Below, in pieces: positions 29,701 through 40,252 of a DNA stretch of 64,000 nucleotides. Within the stretch, counting starts at the first letter, position 1. Each line of letters begins with the position of its first letter. The stretch covers positions 620,001 to 684,000 of the forward strand of contig CBFFRQ010000013.1 in NCBI GenBank assembly GCA_965644315.1, given 5' to 3'. The position numbers were made by a program, and so were the translations under genes. The DNA is from Caecitellus pseudoparvulus (taxonomy: Eukaryota > Protista > Bigyra: Bicosoecida). The notes under the pieces were generated by a model. It was not told the origin of the DNA and did not search any database. It worked only from the letters and a program-made list of their open reading frames with translations.

Positions 29701-31420
29701 GCAGGACCGGCCCCCGCCTGTTCGGAAAAAGTCGGCATGCACTGCACAAACAAGCGCGCTGCAGCGTCTCGGACCTCTGGCTCAGCGCGGCAGAGCATGA
29801 CTTCGCACACGCCCTGCACGTCGGCTTCGCTGAGCCACGCATCTCCACCCATACCAGCTGCAGCAGAGAGCATGGCGAAGGCAGCCAAGGCAACGTCGGG
29901 GGCGGTGCTCCACACAGTCTGCATGAACACGTGCTTGAAGCGCGAGTAGAACTCCGTCAGCTCCGCGGCGTACGCCGGCGGCAAGGAGAAGACTGCGGCC
30001 AGCGCCTCGCAGCAAACTCGCCGGACCTGCGCGCTTTCGTCTCCAAGCATCCACCCAAAGTGCTTCAGGGAGCTGTTGCTGAGGAACTCGGAGGGTAGCT
30101 GCACCATCCAGACGCCCAGTGATCGCAGCATGTCTGCGCGGATTTCCCAATGCGCATCGCGGTATCGGTGCTGGAACACGCCGTTCATGATGGGCTGCAG
30201 GATGTCCTCTTGCAGGAAGGTGATGCGCCCTTGCACGCGCTCAACGTCCACCTCAATTGCGAGGCCAGTGCCGCGAGACTTCCTGCTGCCACCAGCCTGC
30301 GCCTTCATTCCTTCCAGTACGCGCATCTCTGCGAGGACCTTGTCCACGACTGCTTCACCGACTGTCATGGCAGCCGTGGCGCCGACGTGCCGGGCAGCTT
30401 TCAACTCCAGGCTGCTCAGCTCGATGCACCAGGCCACGAGGTCTGTGAGGAAGTCTGTGTCGTAAAGGACATCCCCCCCACTGCGGGTGATAATGCGGCT
30501 CAGCAGCTGCTTGAAGGCATCTGCGACCTGCTGCTTGGTGCGCGGATTGTGCTGCAGCGGGTACGACTTGGCTCCCTGGCTCTCGATGTTGCTCATAATG
30601 TCTTCAGCCTGGCATGCAAGGAAGGCTGAGGTGCAGATGGGAGCAGCTGCTCGATGGCTATGCACGGCACGCACCTCCTCGGCTACAGAGAAGCTGTCAG
30701 CTGCAAAGCAAGACTCGGACACGGCGTCCGGACCAGATCCAGCCATCTGCAAGTGTTGGGCAGCGCACGTTGCAGAGAAGTCTCTCTGAAGGGCAACGGC
30801 GGCGCACATACTTGGGTTAGCAACATGAAGAGTTCAAACATCGCGGCCTTGTAATCGCTCTGCGCTCACACGGTGTGGACGTGCTGGCTTGGCGTTGCAC
30901 GCCAACGGAATTTGAAGCTCGTCTGCACGAACCTGAAGTCGATCCAGCCAGGCTGTCGCTGTCGCCGCCAAGGCTGTACCAGATCCACACACGGCAGCTG
31001 TGAAGGGTTGCCCAAAGCAGCGGGGAGTGTTGGTATGCGGTGGTAAGGTCTCTTCGGTTCGCATGACGCACCAAACAGCGTGCCCTTGGACTTGCCGCTT
31101 ACCCGGCCAGCCTGCGCAGGTCGTTGAGGGTCGTTCCGGACGCAGCCGCAGCAACACGTTATGAGTGAGATCAACACACCTTCTTGCTACGTCGCGAGGT
31201 GTGCGGGACATACTCCTCTTTGCTTTCAAGTGCTCCAGTGCCCTGCTCCGATGCATCCCTGCGTAAGCACCGATGCTGGTTTTGAGGACCGCCGCACAGG
31301 TTCAACTCGCGCGCCTTCAAGAGAAAGCTCAACTACAGTGGTGCACACTGCAACGCACAATTCAGAGTATGAGACATGGGACGCGGAGGAGCGCCGTGGG
31401 CGGCGTGCGGCTGCTGCCAT
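26748..31420 (-). CDS. SCC3: Cohesin subunit SCC3/STAG (SA) homolog
   Basis: STAG/SCD signature VFQHRYRDAHWEIRADMLRSLGVWMVQLPSEFLSNSSLKHFGWMLGDESAQVR; also SYPL and RHVGATAAM. 5' exons reconstructed by eye: MAAAARRPRRSSASHVSYSEL / DASEQG...RSKK / AGRVSGKSKGTLF / ...AWLDRLQ / SDYKAAMFELFMLLTQ / MAGSG... (about 6 introns). Confidence 0.88.
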
Positions 31421-31765
31421 GACCAAACGAGCAGGCAAATACCGCACAACTTCACAGCTCGGCTCAAGCGAGCTGGGGCGGCACAAGGCAGGTAGCCGAC
31501 TGGGTGATGAGGGAGAAAATTGCCCACAGGGTGTGAAAATTGTTGGTGCTTGGAGTCAGGAAAGTGAGGGGGGGTGATGATTCAGTGGGTCGTTCACGGG
31601 TAGCGCGAGGAGTTGGAGCTGCTGAGCGGAAAAAAGCTGCGGCCCACCAAAACCTAACCACCCACCGCACACTTAACATCGAGGCTGCCCCATTCCTGGG
31701 CGACGGTGGTGCCCTCCGTGCGCCGTTTTGTCTGAGCCCAAGGCTGGCCCCCTGCGCCGCCAGCC

Positions 31766-33615
31766 ATGGCATCCAGCCTCTTTGCCTTCGCGGTTCAGAA
31801 ACCTCGTGTGTTGGCGCCCCCGCCGAATGTAATCGACGAGACGATGATATTTGACTCCATTGAATTGGAGCGCAAGCTTGACGAGCAGCTTGCCTCTGCT
31901 CTCAGCAAGGAGACCCCCGACGCTGAGGGTGAGAAACGTGCCTGTCGCTGCGACACCACGCGCCGAGCTGGACAACGCCGCGACCGTGCCTCACAGACGA
32001 TGAAATCGTGCTCAGCAAGGTGACCAGTTTGACTCTCTCCTTCAGAAGCATTGAGCGCATTCAGAATCTGCTGACGCTGGATTCGCTGGAAGTTCTCAAG
32101 TTGGACAACAACCTCATCAAAGAGATCACCGGACTCGGTTCGTGAACCTGGCCAAGGCGCTGCTGTCTTGGCGCTGGCGAGCTGCATTGCTGCCCTTCCT
32201 CGACTGCAGATGCTCTACCTAAGCTTAGGTGGCTGGACCTGTCTTTCAACTCCATCACCCGCATCTCAGGGCTGGACAAGCTGCCTGCGCTGACTGACCT
32301 GGCCCTCACAAACAACGGCATTGAGAGCCTTGACGGGCTGGGGGACTTGAAGACAGTGGAGGTGTTGACGCTGGGGAGCAACCGCATCACCTCGCTCAGT
32401 GAAGTGAACAAGCTGCGGCGCATGCCTGCCTTGCGGGTGCTTACTCTGGCAGGAAATCCCCTGGAGCGTCGCGGCGCCGCCAGTGTGGACTACCGTGGGG
32501 CCATCCTTGCCCGCCTTCAGTCGCTGCAATACTTGGACTTTGAGCGCGTGTCGGATGAAGAGCGCTCAGCTGCCGTGGAGTCCCACCGCCAGGACCTGGA
32601 AAAGCTGCGCAAGGCAGATGAGGAGCACGCGGCGGCCACCGCGGCGGCAGATGCAGAGGCGACGCGGGAGACTCAACTGCAGGCGGCAGGCTTGCAGCGG
32701 GTTGCAGGGCTGTGGGGTGCCCTGCAGCGTGATACAGAGGAAGATTCTTTTATCGTCGCGCGTACGCAGGAGCAGTTGCTGAAAGTGCCAGATCTGGAGG
32801 AGTGGTGGGCAGCACACCACACCCGGGTGGTGGAGAAAGTAGACGCTGTGGTGGCTGAAGCCCTCAAGCAGCAGGAGGCCATCGACGAGGAAGCGGCTGC
32901 TCTGGACTTTGCCTTGGAGCAGGTGCGCCGGGAAGGAGACGAGGAGGGCAAGGCTGTCGTGGACGCCTTCCAAGCCGCCCGCAAGCGCTTGGAGCGTGCG
33001 CTGGAAGAGGAGGGTGGCATGACGACCGACGAAGCAGCAGCGCGCATCCGGGCGGTGCAGGAGCACAACGAAGGCATGCGTACGGCTTTAATCGAGGCTG
33101 AGCTGGCCCTGCACGAGACGTGTGATGGAATGGTGCTCACGTTCGACAAGGCATACGACGAAATAAAAGCCGCCCGCACAAAGCTGGTGACGGAGCTGTT
33201 TAAGAGTGTGCTGGAGCTGGAGGGCACGTTTCGGGATGAGTGCAAGCAGCACTTGGCGTCCTTGGGCGAGCAGCTGGCGACAGAGGGGGCAGGCGGCGTT
33301 CTCCGCCTGGCCAATGGTAGCATCATTCGGCAGGGATCACTAGACCCCGACACGCTCGGGCTGATCCAGGATCGAGAGCAGGGCGTGTCCCTCATCAGCC
33401 GCTTCAGGGACTCCCGCATCACGCAGGTGTACGCTCAGGAGGGCGAGTGGAAGGCGGAGGAGCAAGCGCGGGAGGAGCAGTACGTGAAGGCTCGCCAGGC
33501 GGCCGAGCTCGCGCGACACAGGCAGCGGTGCAAGGAGGTGGAGGCGTTGTGTGCTGCCAATGAGCGTGAGTTGGCTGACTTCATGGCCATGGGCTTGGAA
33601 GGAGATGAGGAGTAG
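31766..33615 (+). CDS. DRC3: Dynein regulatory complex subunit 3 (LRRC48), SDS22-like LRRs plus coiled coil
   Basis: PNVIDETMI; VTSLTLSFRSIERIQNL...LKLDNNLIKEITGL; LRWLDLSFNSITRISGL; VLTLGSNRI; LRVLTLAGNP; C-terminal ELARHRQRCKEV. Two introns (about 31929-31996 and 32138-32209). Confidence 0.85.
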
Positions 33616-33619
33616 AGGG

Positions 33620-33627
33620 AATGCATT
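33620..33627. promoter_or_regulatory. Palindromic AATGCATT, a candidate shared 3'-end signal for the convergent DRC3 and ankyrin genes
   Basis: Reads AATGCA on both strands: 5 nt past the DRC3 stop and about 63 nt past the ankyrin-gene stop. The same hexamer recurs after many other stops. Confidence 0.45.
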
Positions 33628-33689
33628 GCTGCTGCGAGTCGTGCCCAGTGGGAGCAGCTGCTCTGTGAGCCTTGCAGCTTGCAATTGAG

Positions 33690-36600
33690 CTAATCTGAGC
33701 TGACAGCCGTCAAAATATCGTCTGCATCCTCGGAGCCCCCGCCCCACTTGCTGGAGTACTTCGGCAGCACAAAGGAGCCGGAGGAGCGCTGCCCTGGCGC
33801 ACCATAATCCCCTGAGCTGGCACGCGCCGAGCCGCTGCGGCGTGGCCCAGCGCGCCCCGAGCTCATGGCAACACCCCCCGTCGCGGCAGACGGGCTCATG
33901 GGGGCGCCATGGGGTGTGGACCTGTGGGATGACATGGAGCCCTGGCGGAGGTGCCCGCTGGCCCCGCCACCCTTGCCCCCTGAGCCCTGCGAAGACAGGT
34001 CCCAGGACGCCGTGGAACGCGTGTCATCGGCCAGCTGCCGCACTTTCGTGGGCGTCAGTAGCATTGCCTTGCCCCCTGCGCTGCCTATGGCGTACCCCGC
34101 CAGCGTCCGGCCCTTCAGCTCAGCCAAAGGTACAGCTGCGCCAATGTCAGGGTCGGAGGGGCTTTCAGAGGCGGATGCAGCTGGTGCAGCCATGGCCAGA
34201 CGAAGGGCGGGCTTGGGTCGGCGACGCTTGCGCTTGCCCGGAGAGGAGGGCGCCGCTTGCTCCTCCTCGCAGGCTCTGGGCGGGGAAGCAGGCACCACTT
34301 GCGGAAGGGACTGCGTGCTGCCCAGCAAGGGGCCCATGAGGTCATCCCCCAGGTGGTGCTTGTGCGGACTGCCCTGTGAGGGCTGGGCTTCCCAATGCCC
34401 ACTGAGAGTCGAGCCGGGTCCACGCTGCTCGATGCCAGGGCCAGGCGCCTGCAGGCCCGCCGACTCCTGCACCACGCTGGAGCCGTGGTCCGTCATGCCC
34501 AAGCGGATGTCCCCTACCGTGCCAGCGCTGGGCCCAGGACCGTCCACCGACAGGGCTGTGTGTGTGGGGCTGCCGGCGGAGGACGTGCGGCAGCGTTGCT
34601 GCAGGTTGCTGTGCTCAGCCTCCTTAGGCAGTGCTGCCTGCATGCCTGCGGCAGACACCAGGAGCTTGTTCAGGGCAGAGCAGTCAGACATGCTGGATGA
34701 CGCAAGGGCTTCCGCAGGGATGTGCCCGCTGCAGCTGGAGAGCAGCGCCGCCACCCCGAATAGGCTCTGCAGCTCTGTCGCTGGGAGCGAGCCGTCCGGC
34801 ACCTTGCCCACGCCTGTGCGCACATCGCCGTCACTGCCCGTCTGGAGACTCGTCAGGGAGCCACACTCTCCGTACAGGGGCAGGCCACCAGCGTCGAAGA
34901 GCGCCTGGGCCACAGGCAGCGTTGGACGGTGCACGGCGCCTGAAGCTGCCGGGCGTGGCAGACCCAGTCCAGCAGCGCTGGTGCCTCCCGCACAGTTCAG
35001 GGGCAGCTCTTGCCCTGTGGCTTGCTGCACGAGGCGGCGCATGTGCAGGGCGGTGACGGAGCGCAGGAGGATGCACATGTAGTCCACCATGTACCCTCTG
35101 GAGTCGGAGGCTACCGTGCCAGCCTTCAGGGGGGGGGCCGCTGACACGGGAATGCTGTGCGCCACACCAGTGCTGTACACGCCGTCCACCAGGCAGTAGA
35201 AGTTGTCCCGCAGCAAGCCCTGTAGATTGACCAGGGGGTCGTCTTGCTCCCGCATGCCCGACCTGCTCTGCACAGGCCCGGTGGGGGACATGGTCACTAC
35301 TGGCGCCAGCAGGCAGCGAAGCGGGGACGCTGAGCCTGGCAGGCCCGACGTTTCGTCAAACGCACTGGCGGCCCCCACAGCGAAGGAAGTCAGGGCAAGA
35401 GAGGCCTGGGCCAGGGACGACAGCTGCAGGCCTGGCAGCGGGGCTGCATAATCTGTGGGCACCTGCTCAGCCCCCTCCGCCGCAGCCCGCCGCCCTGTGT
35501 GTCTGGGTGTGGTGCTGATGCGCACAGGAGGAGCCATGCGATGGGAGGCGTGCTGGCCCCACGACCCAGACTGGGCGGCAAGGTCCTGCTCAAGCTGGGC
35601 CAGGTGCCCCAACCCGTGCTTGTCCTCGGCACTGGTGCGTTGGTGCCGCCAGCGGTCAGCCATGCGCCCCAGGTGCACTGAAGACTGCGTGCTGATCTGG
35701 GAGGTGTATGTGTCCACATCACGCCAGTACTCCATTTTGGAGCGCTGGTTGGACTCCCTCGGCTGTTGCCCAGCCACATCACTGACGCTGCTTGGCATGT
35801 GACCAGTGGCAAGGGCATGGCCAGAGGGCGCTTGCGGTAGGATGGGGGGGCTGACAGCGCTTCCTTCCCCTTCCTCCTTGCTGTACGCCTCCAGGACAGC
35901 TGGGTGGGGGTGTGGCGTGACGCAGCGAGTGAGTGAGTGGATGGGGGTGTGCTGCGTGATGCTGCGGCGCTCAGTGGCGGCAGCGAGGCCCCACAGCACA
36001 TGGCAAACTAGGGGGTCCTTCAAGCCAGCTGACGCCTGCAAGATGCGCTCAGTGGGGAAGGGCGAGTCGCGCAGGCAGACTGAGGCTGCCGGGCGCCAGT
36101 GCGGGAAGGCGCCCGCGGTGGTGAGCAGCATGCGCACACTGAGCACATCCAGGCACGTGCTGACGATGCGCTGCAGCTGGTTGAGGTCGCTTGCCGTCCA
36201 CGGAGCTGTGGTGGCAGCTGAAGGCAGCCTGCCACCCACCGCAGCGAGGTGTGGCAGGTGCCCCCGAAGCACATGCCGACGTTTCCACAGCGTCCCAGGC
36301 ATGCAAGCCTGCAAGTGCTGGGAAGGGGACGCAGCACTGGGCCGAGGCGTGAAAACAGACGCTAGGACTGGGTCTAGGTCCTGCTCTGGGAGGCTGGGTG
36401 GCTGGGAGGCGCCAGTGGCCAGCTGCAGCGCATCAGCTGCCAGCCGCACGATAGTGTCAGCCAGCGCGATGCAAGTGGTGAGGACACTGCCGCTTTGGGC
36501 TGCAATGTGCATCAAGGTGCTGCCTGCCGCTACCAGGCTGCTGTTGCCTCGCGGCATGATAAAGCCGGGCGGCAGGCTGGCTGAGCTGCGGGCGGAGGAC

Positions 36601-38178
36601 AGGTCGGGCAGGCCAGGGGATGTGAGGAAGGGCGCTGTGCCAGCCTCTGCCGCGGCATCTGCCGCGTCCATCAGGCGCTGTGCTGCATCTTTAGAGTTGG
36701 CAGCGGCTGGCAGGGAGGTGGACGGCAGAGGCAGCTGCAGCATGACCGCCTTGGTCTTGGCCTCTGCTGAAAAGGGGTCCACACTGCCAAAGGTGCTGCC
36801 CCGAAACGGCGTGGAGGCGTCTGGCTCCAGGGCCTCCCCGTCGCCCTCGTCATCAGAGGCACTGCGCGGCCCGTGCGAGGGGCTGCCTGCCGCCCCTGGC
36901 GTTGCCGACGCGGCGCCGAAACCCACAGCGCCCGGAAGGGTGAGATTGGGAGCCGGGCTGGCAGCCCCACGTGCACGCAAGGCTTCCGAGTGCTCAGCCA
37001 CGAGGGCCTCCCCCCAGCGCTGGACGGTGAGGGGGTATGCCACGGCAGTGTCCACCCGTGCACCCTCGTGCAGCAGCTGAGCCACGGTGCCTGAGTGGCC
37101 ACACAAGGCTGCCAGCAGGAGGGGTGCCAGCGCATGCACAGCGTGCTCGCCAGTGTACACGTGCATGCCCTGGTGAGAAGCAGCCAGGCGCATGTGCTGC
37201 TCGGTGGACGTGGACGGCACGCCGTCCTCCGACGACGTCTTGCTCATGAAGCCGCTGCCAGACAGGTGCAGCAAGCGGACGTTCGTTGGCACGGGGTTGG
37301 GAGGCAAGCAGGTGTCGGAGCCCAGACCGCTGGCAACGTATGCTGAGGAGAACAGAACAGGAGACAGCCCACCGGTGCTGCCGTCGCCAAGATGGGCCCT
37401 GGCACGTTGCAGTTGCTGCGAGGCAGGCAGGCAAGCCAGCGTCGCCGCGACTGCATCCGGGCAGCCGCCTAGAATGGCTGCCGACAACGGCAACAGCGGG
37501 ATGCGCGCACATGCCTGGCAGTGGTAGACTTTAGTGAACCAGGGCATCGTGATGTGGCCTCGCTGGCCGGCTGTGGCCAGCAGAAGGCATGATTCACGCT
37601 GCCCACTGCGCGAGGGCAGCAGCACGGTGCCTGCCACGGGACTTGCCCGGAAGCGAGGGGACAGGTCCCGGACGGCAACCAGCAGCATGGCACTCTCGCC
37701 ATTGGCGGTGACCTTCATCCAGTCCAGCTTTGGGTTGGAGAGGGGTGCGTCTCTGCTCCCTGCACCAGCTGCAAGCAGTGTAGCTGCGCAGGGGACGGGC
37801 GGCGTTTTTCCTTGCCGCCTTGTCTCGTCGGCGCTGATGCTTGTCTCCGACCGGCCTGCGCATGGAGAGGAGCAACATAATGCAGGGGCCAGGCAGGCGT
37901 TCAGGCGCTCCCTCAATCGGCGCCAGCCAGAAGAGCGTTGCGCCGCCTCTCCTCACCAACAGAAGCACAGCTCATGCCATCGCTGGCAACGTCTGGGTCC
38001 CGCTTCGACGCATCCTGCACACAGGGAGGGGGCAACAACGTGCCGTGTGAGCCAGGTGGGTGGCTGAGGTGGTGCGCAAGGCGCTCCTGTCGCTCGGTGG
38101 GTGGCGCTGCTCCCTGCTTACCTGGATGCTGGACTCGTCTGGCCCAACTGAGGCGGGGCGGGCCAAATGGCAGCCCAT
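33690..38178 (-). CDS. Large low-complexity protein with dispersed ankyrin-like repeats and an MGC N-terminus
   Basis: 1408-aa ORF with PLSAAILGGCPDAV, PLLLAALCGHSGTVAQLLHEGARVD and STLMHIAAQSGSV. Two in-phase upstream exons: MGCHLARPASVGPDESSIQ|GTAAGC and DASKRD...CASV|GTGAGG. Confidence 0.6.
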
Positions 38179-38589
38179 GGGCAGCGCTGGAAGAATAAGT
38201 GGAAGAAGCTGCCCTGTTTCCACAACCTATTGCCCCTTTGTGTACAGAAGCGGCCGCAGGGGCGCTTTGTGTCGAGAGTTGACGAGCGCACTGCTGAAGG
38301 TCGGTTCCAGTCGGTGTCTGGCGTGAGGGCTGCCAACACCGCGCGACCGAGCTCAACTGCATTGATTGAAGGGAAGATGGGCGCAAGCAAACCCTGCACA
38401 TGCAGTGCAGAGGCGGTTTGCAATGTGGGCAATGCGTCGGATATTGCAGGGGCACTCGACTGCGAAGAGCACCTGCCTCGTGACTGCTGGCTGGGAGAGG
38501 CTGGAACGCTGTGCCACCTCACGACGAGCGCACAGAGAATCGGCACAGGGGCAGACCATGGCAGGGAGAGGCAGCCCTTTCAGTGCAAG

Positions 38590-39774
38590 CTAAAAGGCGC
38601 TGCCACCCAGCGTTGGCGGCCTCGGCGCCTGAGTCTTCAGCGCCTTGCTTGTTCGCTGCTTCCCTTGGGCAGGTGCCGCACTGGCGTTGCCGGCGGCCGC
38701 CCGGACACGCTTGGCCTCTGCTTGCCGCGCACGAAGCTTGCGGTACTCACTGATAGCCGCGTCTCGTGAGGAGGTGGGCTGCGTGCCTGCAGGGACGGCA
38801 CTGCCCCCTCCCCACTTGCCGCGCTCCAGCAAGTGCATCATGCGCTCGCCTGCCTTGGTGGAGGCTGAGCCAGCGTGCCGCGGCTTGACCGCCAGGCGTG
38901 GCGGCGCCTCTACGCGCTCACCAAATCGAACAGCATCCTTCAGGCTGCGTCCCAGTGCCTCCTCGTCTGACGCGTAGTCTTCCCTTCCCTCCGTGCGCAG
39001 GCGGGCCCGGTGCGCGGCGGCCACTGCAGCTGCCTTCTTGTCCACACGTGTCTCCGCCTTGCGCTCGTAGAAGGTCTTCCGGGAGGAACGCATGGAGGAA
39101 GTAGCATCCCTGCGCTGCTGGTCAAGGCGTGCCCTGCCCTCGCGCTGCAGTCGGGCAGCGAACTGAGCGAAGGTCTCCCCAGGCAGCATGCCATCTCGCC
39201 CGTCATCGTGTTCCCGGACTTGCCCAGGTTGGCTAGATGCTGCGGGCCCAACGACCAGACCACCGCTTCCTGATGTGTGTTGGAGCTCTTGATCAACCTC
39301 CTTTGCGCCTGTGGCGGCAACAGGTCCCTCGTGCACCTCAGGCGCTGCGGGAGCAGCGTGGGTTGTGTTGCGGATTTTGTTGCCTCCTTCATCTTCCGCA
39401 CGCTGTCCGGTCTGCTCCCGCACGCGCTTCGTCCCCTTGGACTGGGTCCCCGCCACTGTGCAAAGCAAACCCTTTGTCGCATGGTTTCCGGTTGTGCCCA
39501 ATCGCTTGGGCAGCACTCACTGGCAAGCAGTCGCGCAAACCTGCGTGCGGCCTTGTCAGACTCTACGTCGCCTCCCTTGGGCGCCTTGTTCAGCGTGCCG
39601 CCATTGCGAGCTTTCGAGGGACCTGCAACGAATCCCCCTGTCTTCTTGTTGAAAGGGTCGCATGCCTTAAGCTTGCGCTTGGACCGAAGGCGTCCCCTGC
39701 AGCTCGGAGTGGCGAAGAGCGCTGCTGGTGCGTGCATCTGCTGCGCGAGAGAGCGGAGTGGCGGCAACTCACAT
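38590..39774 (-). CDS. CCDC137-like basic nucleolar protein
   Basis: MGRLRSKRKLKACDPF; ETFAQFAARL; DAVRFGERVEAPPRL; RDAAISEYRKLR. Two introns; the first (39772-39697) splits the ATG. Confidence 0.65.
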
Positions 39775-40252
39775 ACTGGCCAGTGCTGCGGGTTTTCGGA
39801 GGAGAGGGTGAAAAGGGCTGTATTCGTGCTTGGTAGGCTTTGCGATGTACTGGAGGTGGCGCCACTGCACCTATCGTCCACTGCACGGCTCAGCCCGTGT
39901 CTGAAAGGTGCAGCCCTATCACGCCAGGCATGCTCAGTAGGCTGCCCTCTTGGCCAGCCTGGCCCTCTTCACATGCAAGTGCACAGTGTGCAGAAGGAGT
40001 GAGAGTTTATATGAAGCAACTTGGTCAGCGTTTCGATCGGCGGGGCGGCAAAGGGGCGAAGCAGCCACCTCGACCATGGAAGTGGATGAGCAGAGCACCT
40101 GCAAATCCTGTGCTCAGGTGACTCTTGTGGGGCGCTGTGCACGCAACCTACATGCCTCCTGGCTGAGCCTTCTGAAGCTTCCTGTTGGGAAGGAGTTGCT
40201 TCGCGCATACCCCAAGCGCATTGCCTTGCACAGCGGCGAAGGGATGTGAGCA

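Noticed and set aside
26748-31420. Calling the SCC3 homolog a meiotic paralogue (STAG3/Rec11-like) because of its divergence
   Set aside because: Not distinguishable without a phylogeny and the genome's paralogue count.
39775-40252. Intergenic gaps (also 38179-38589 and 17073-17409) as possible tRNA or ncRNA loci
   Set aside because: No cloverleaf, T-loop/B-box or snoRNA boxes that I can support by eye. The sizes fit a UTR plus promoter. tRNAscan-SE or Infernal would be decisive.
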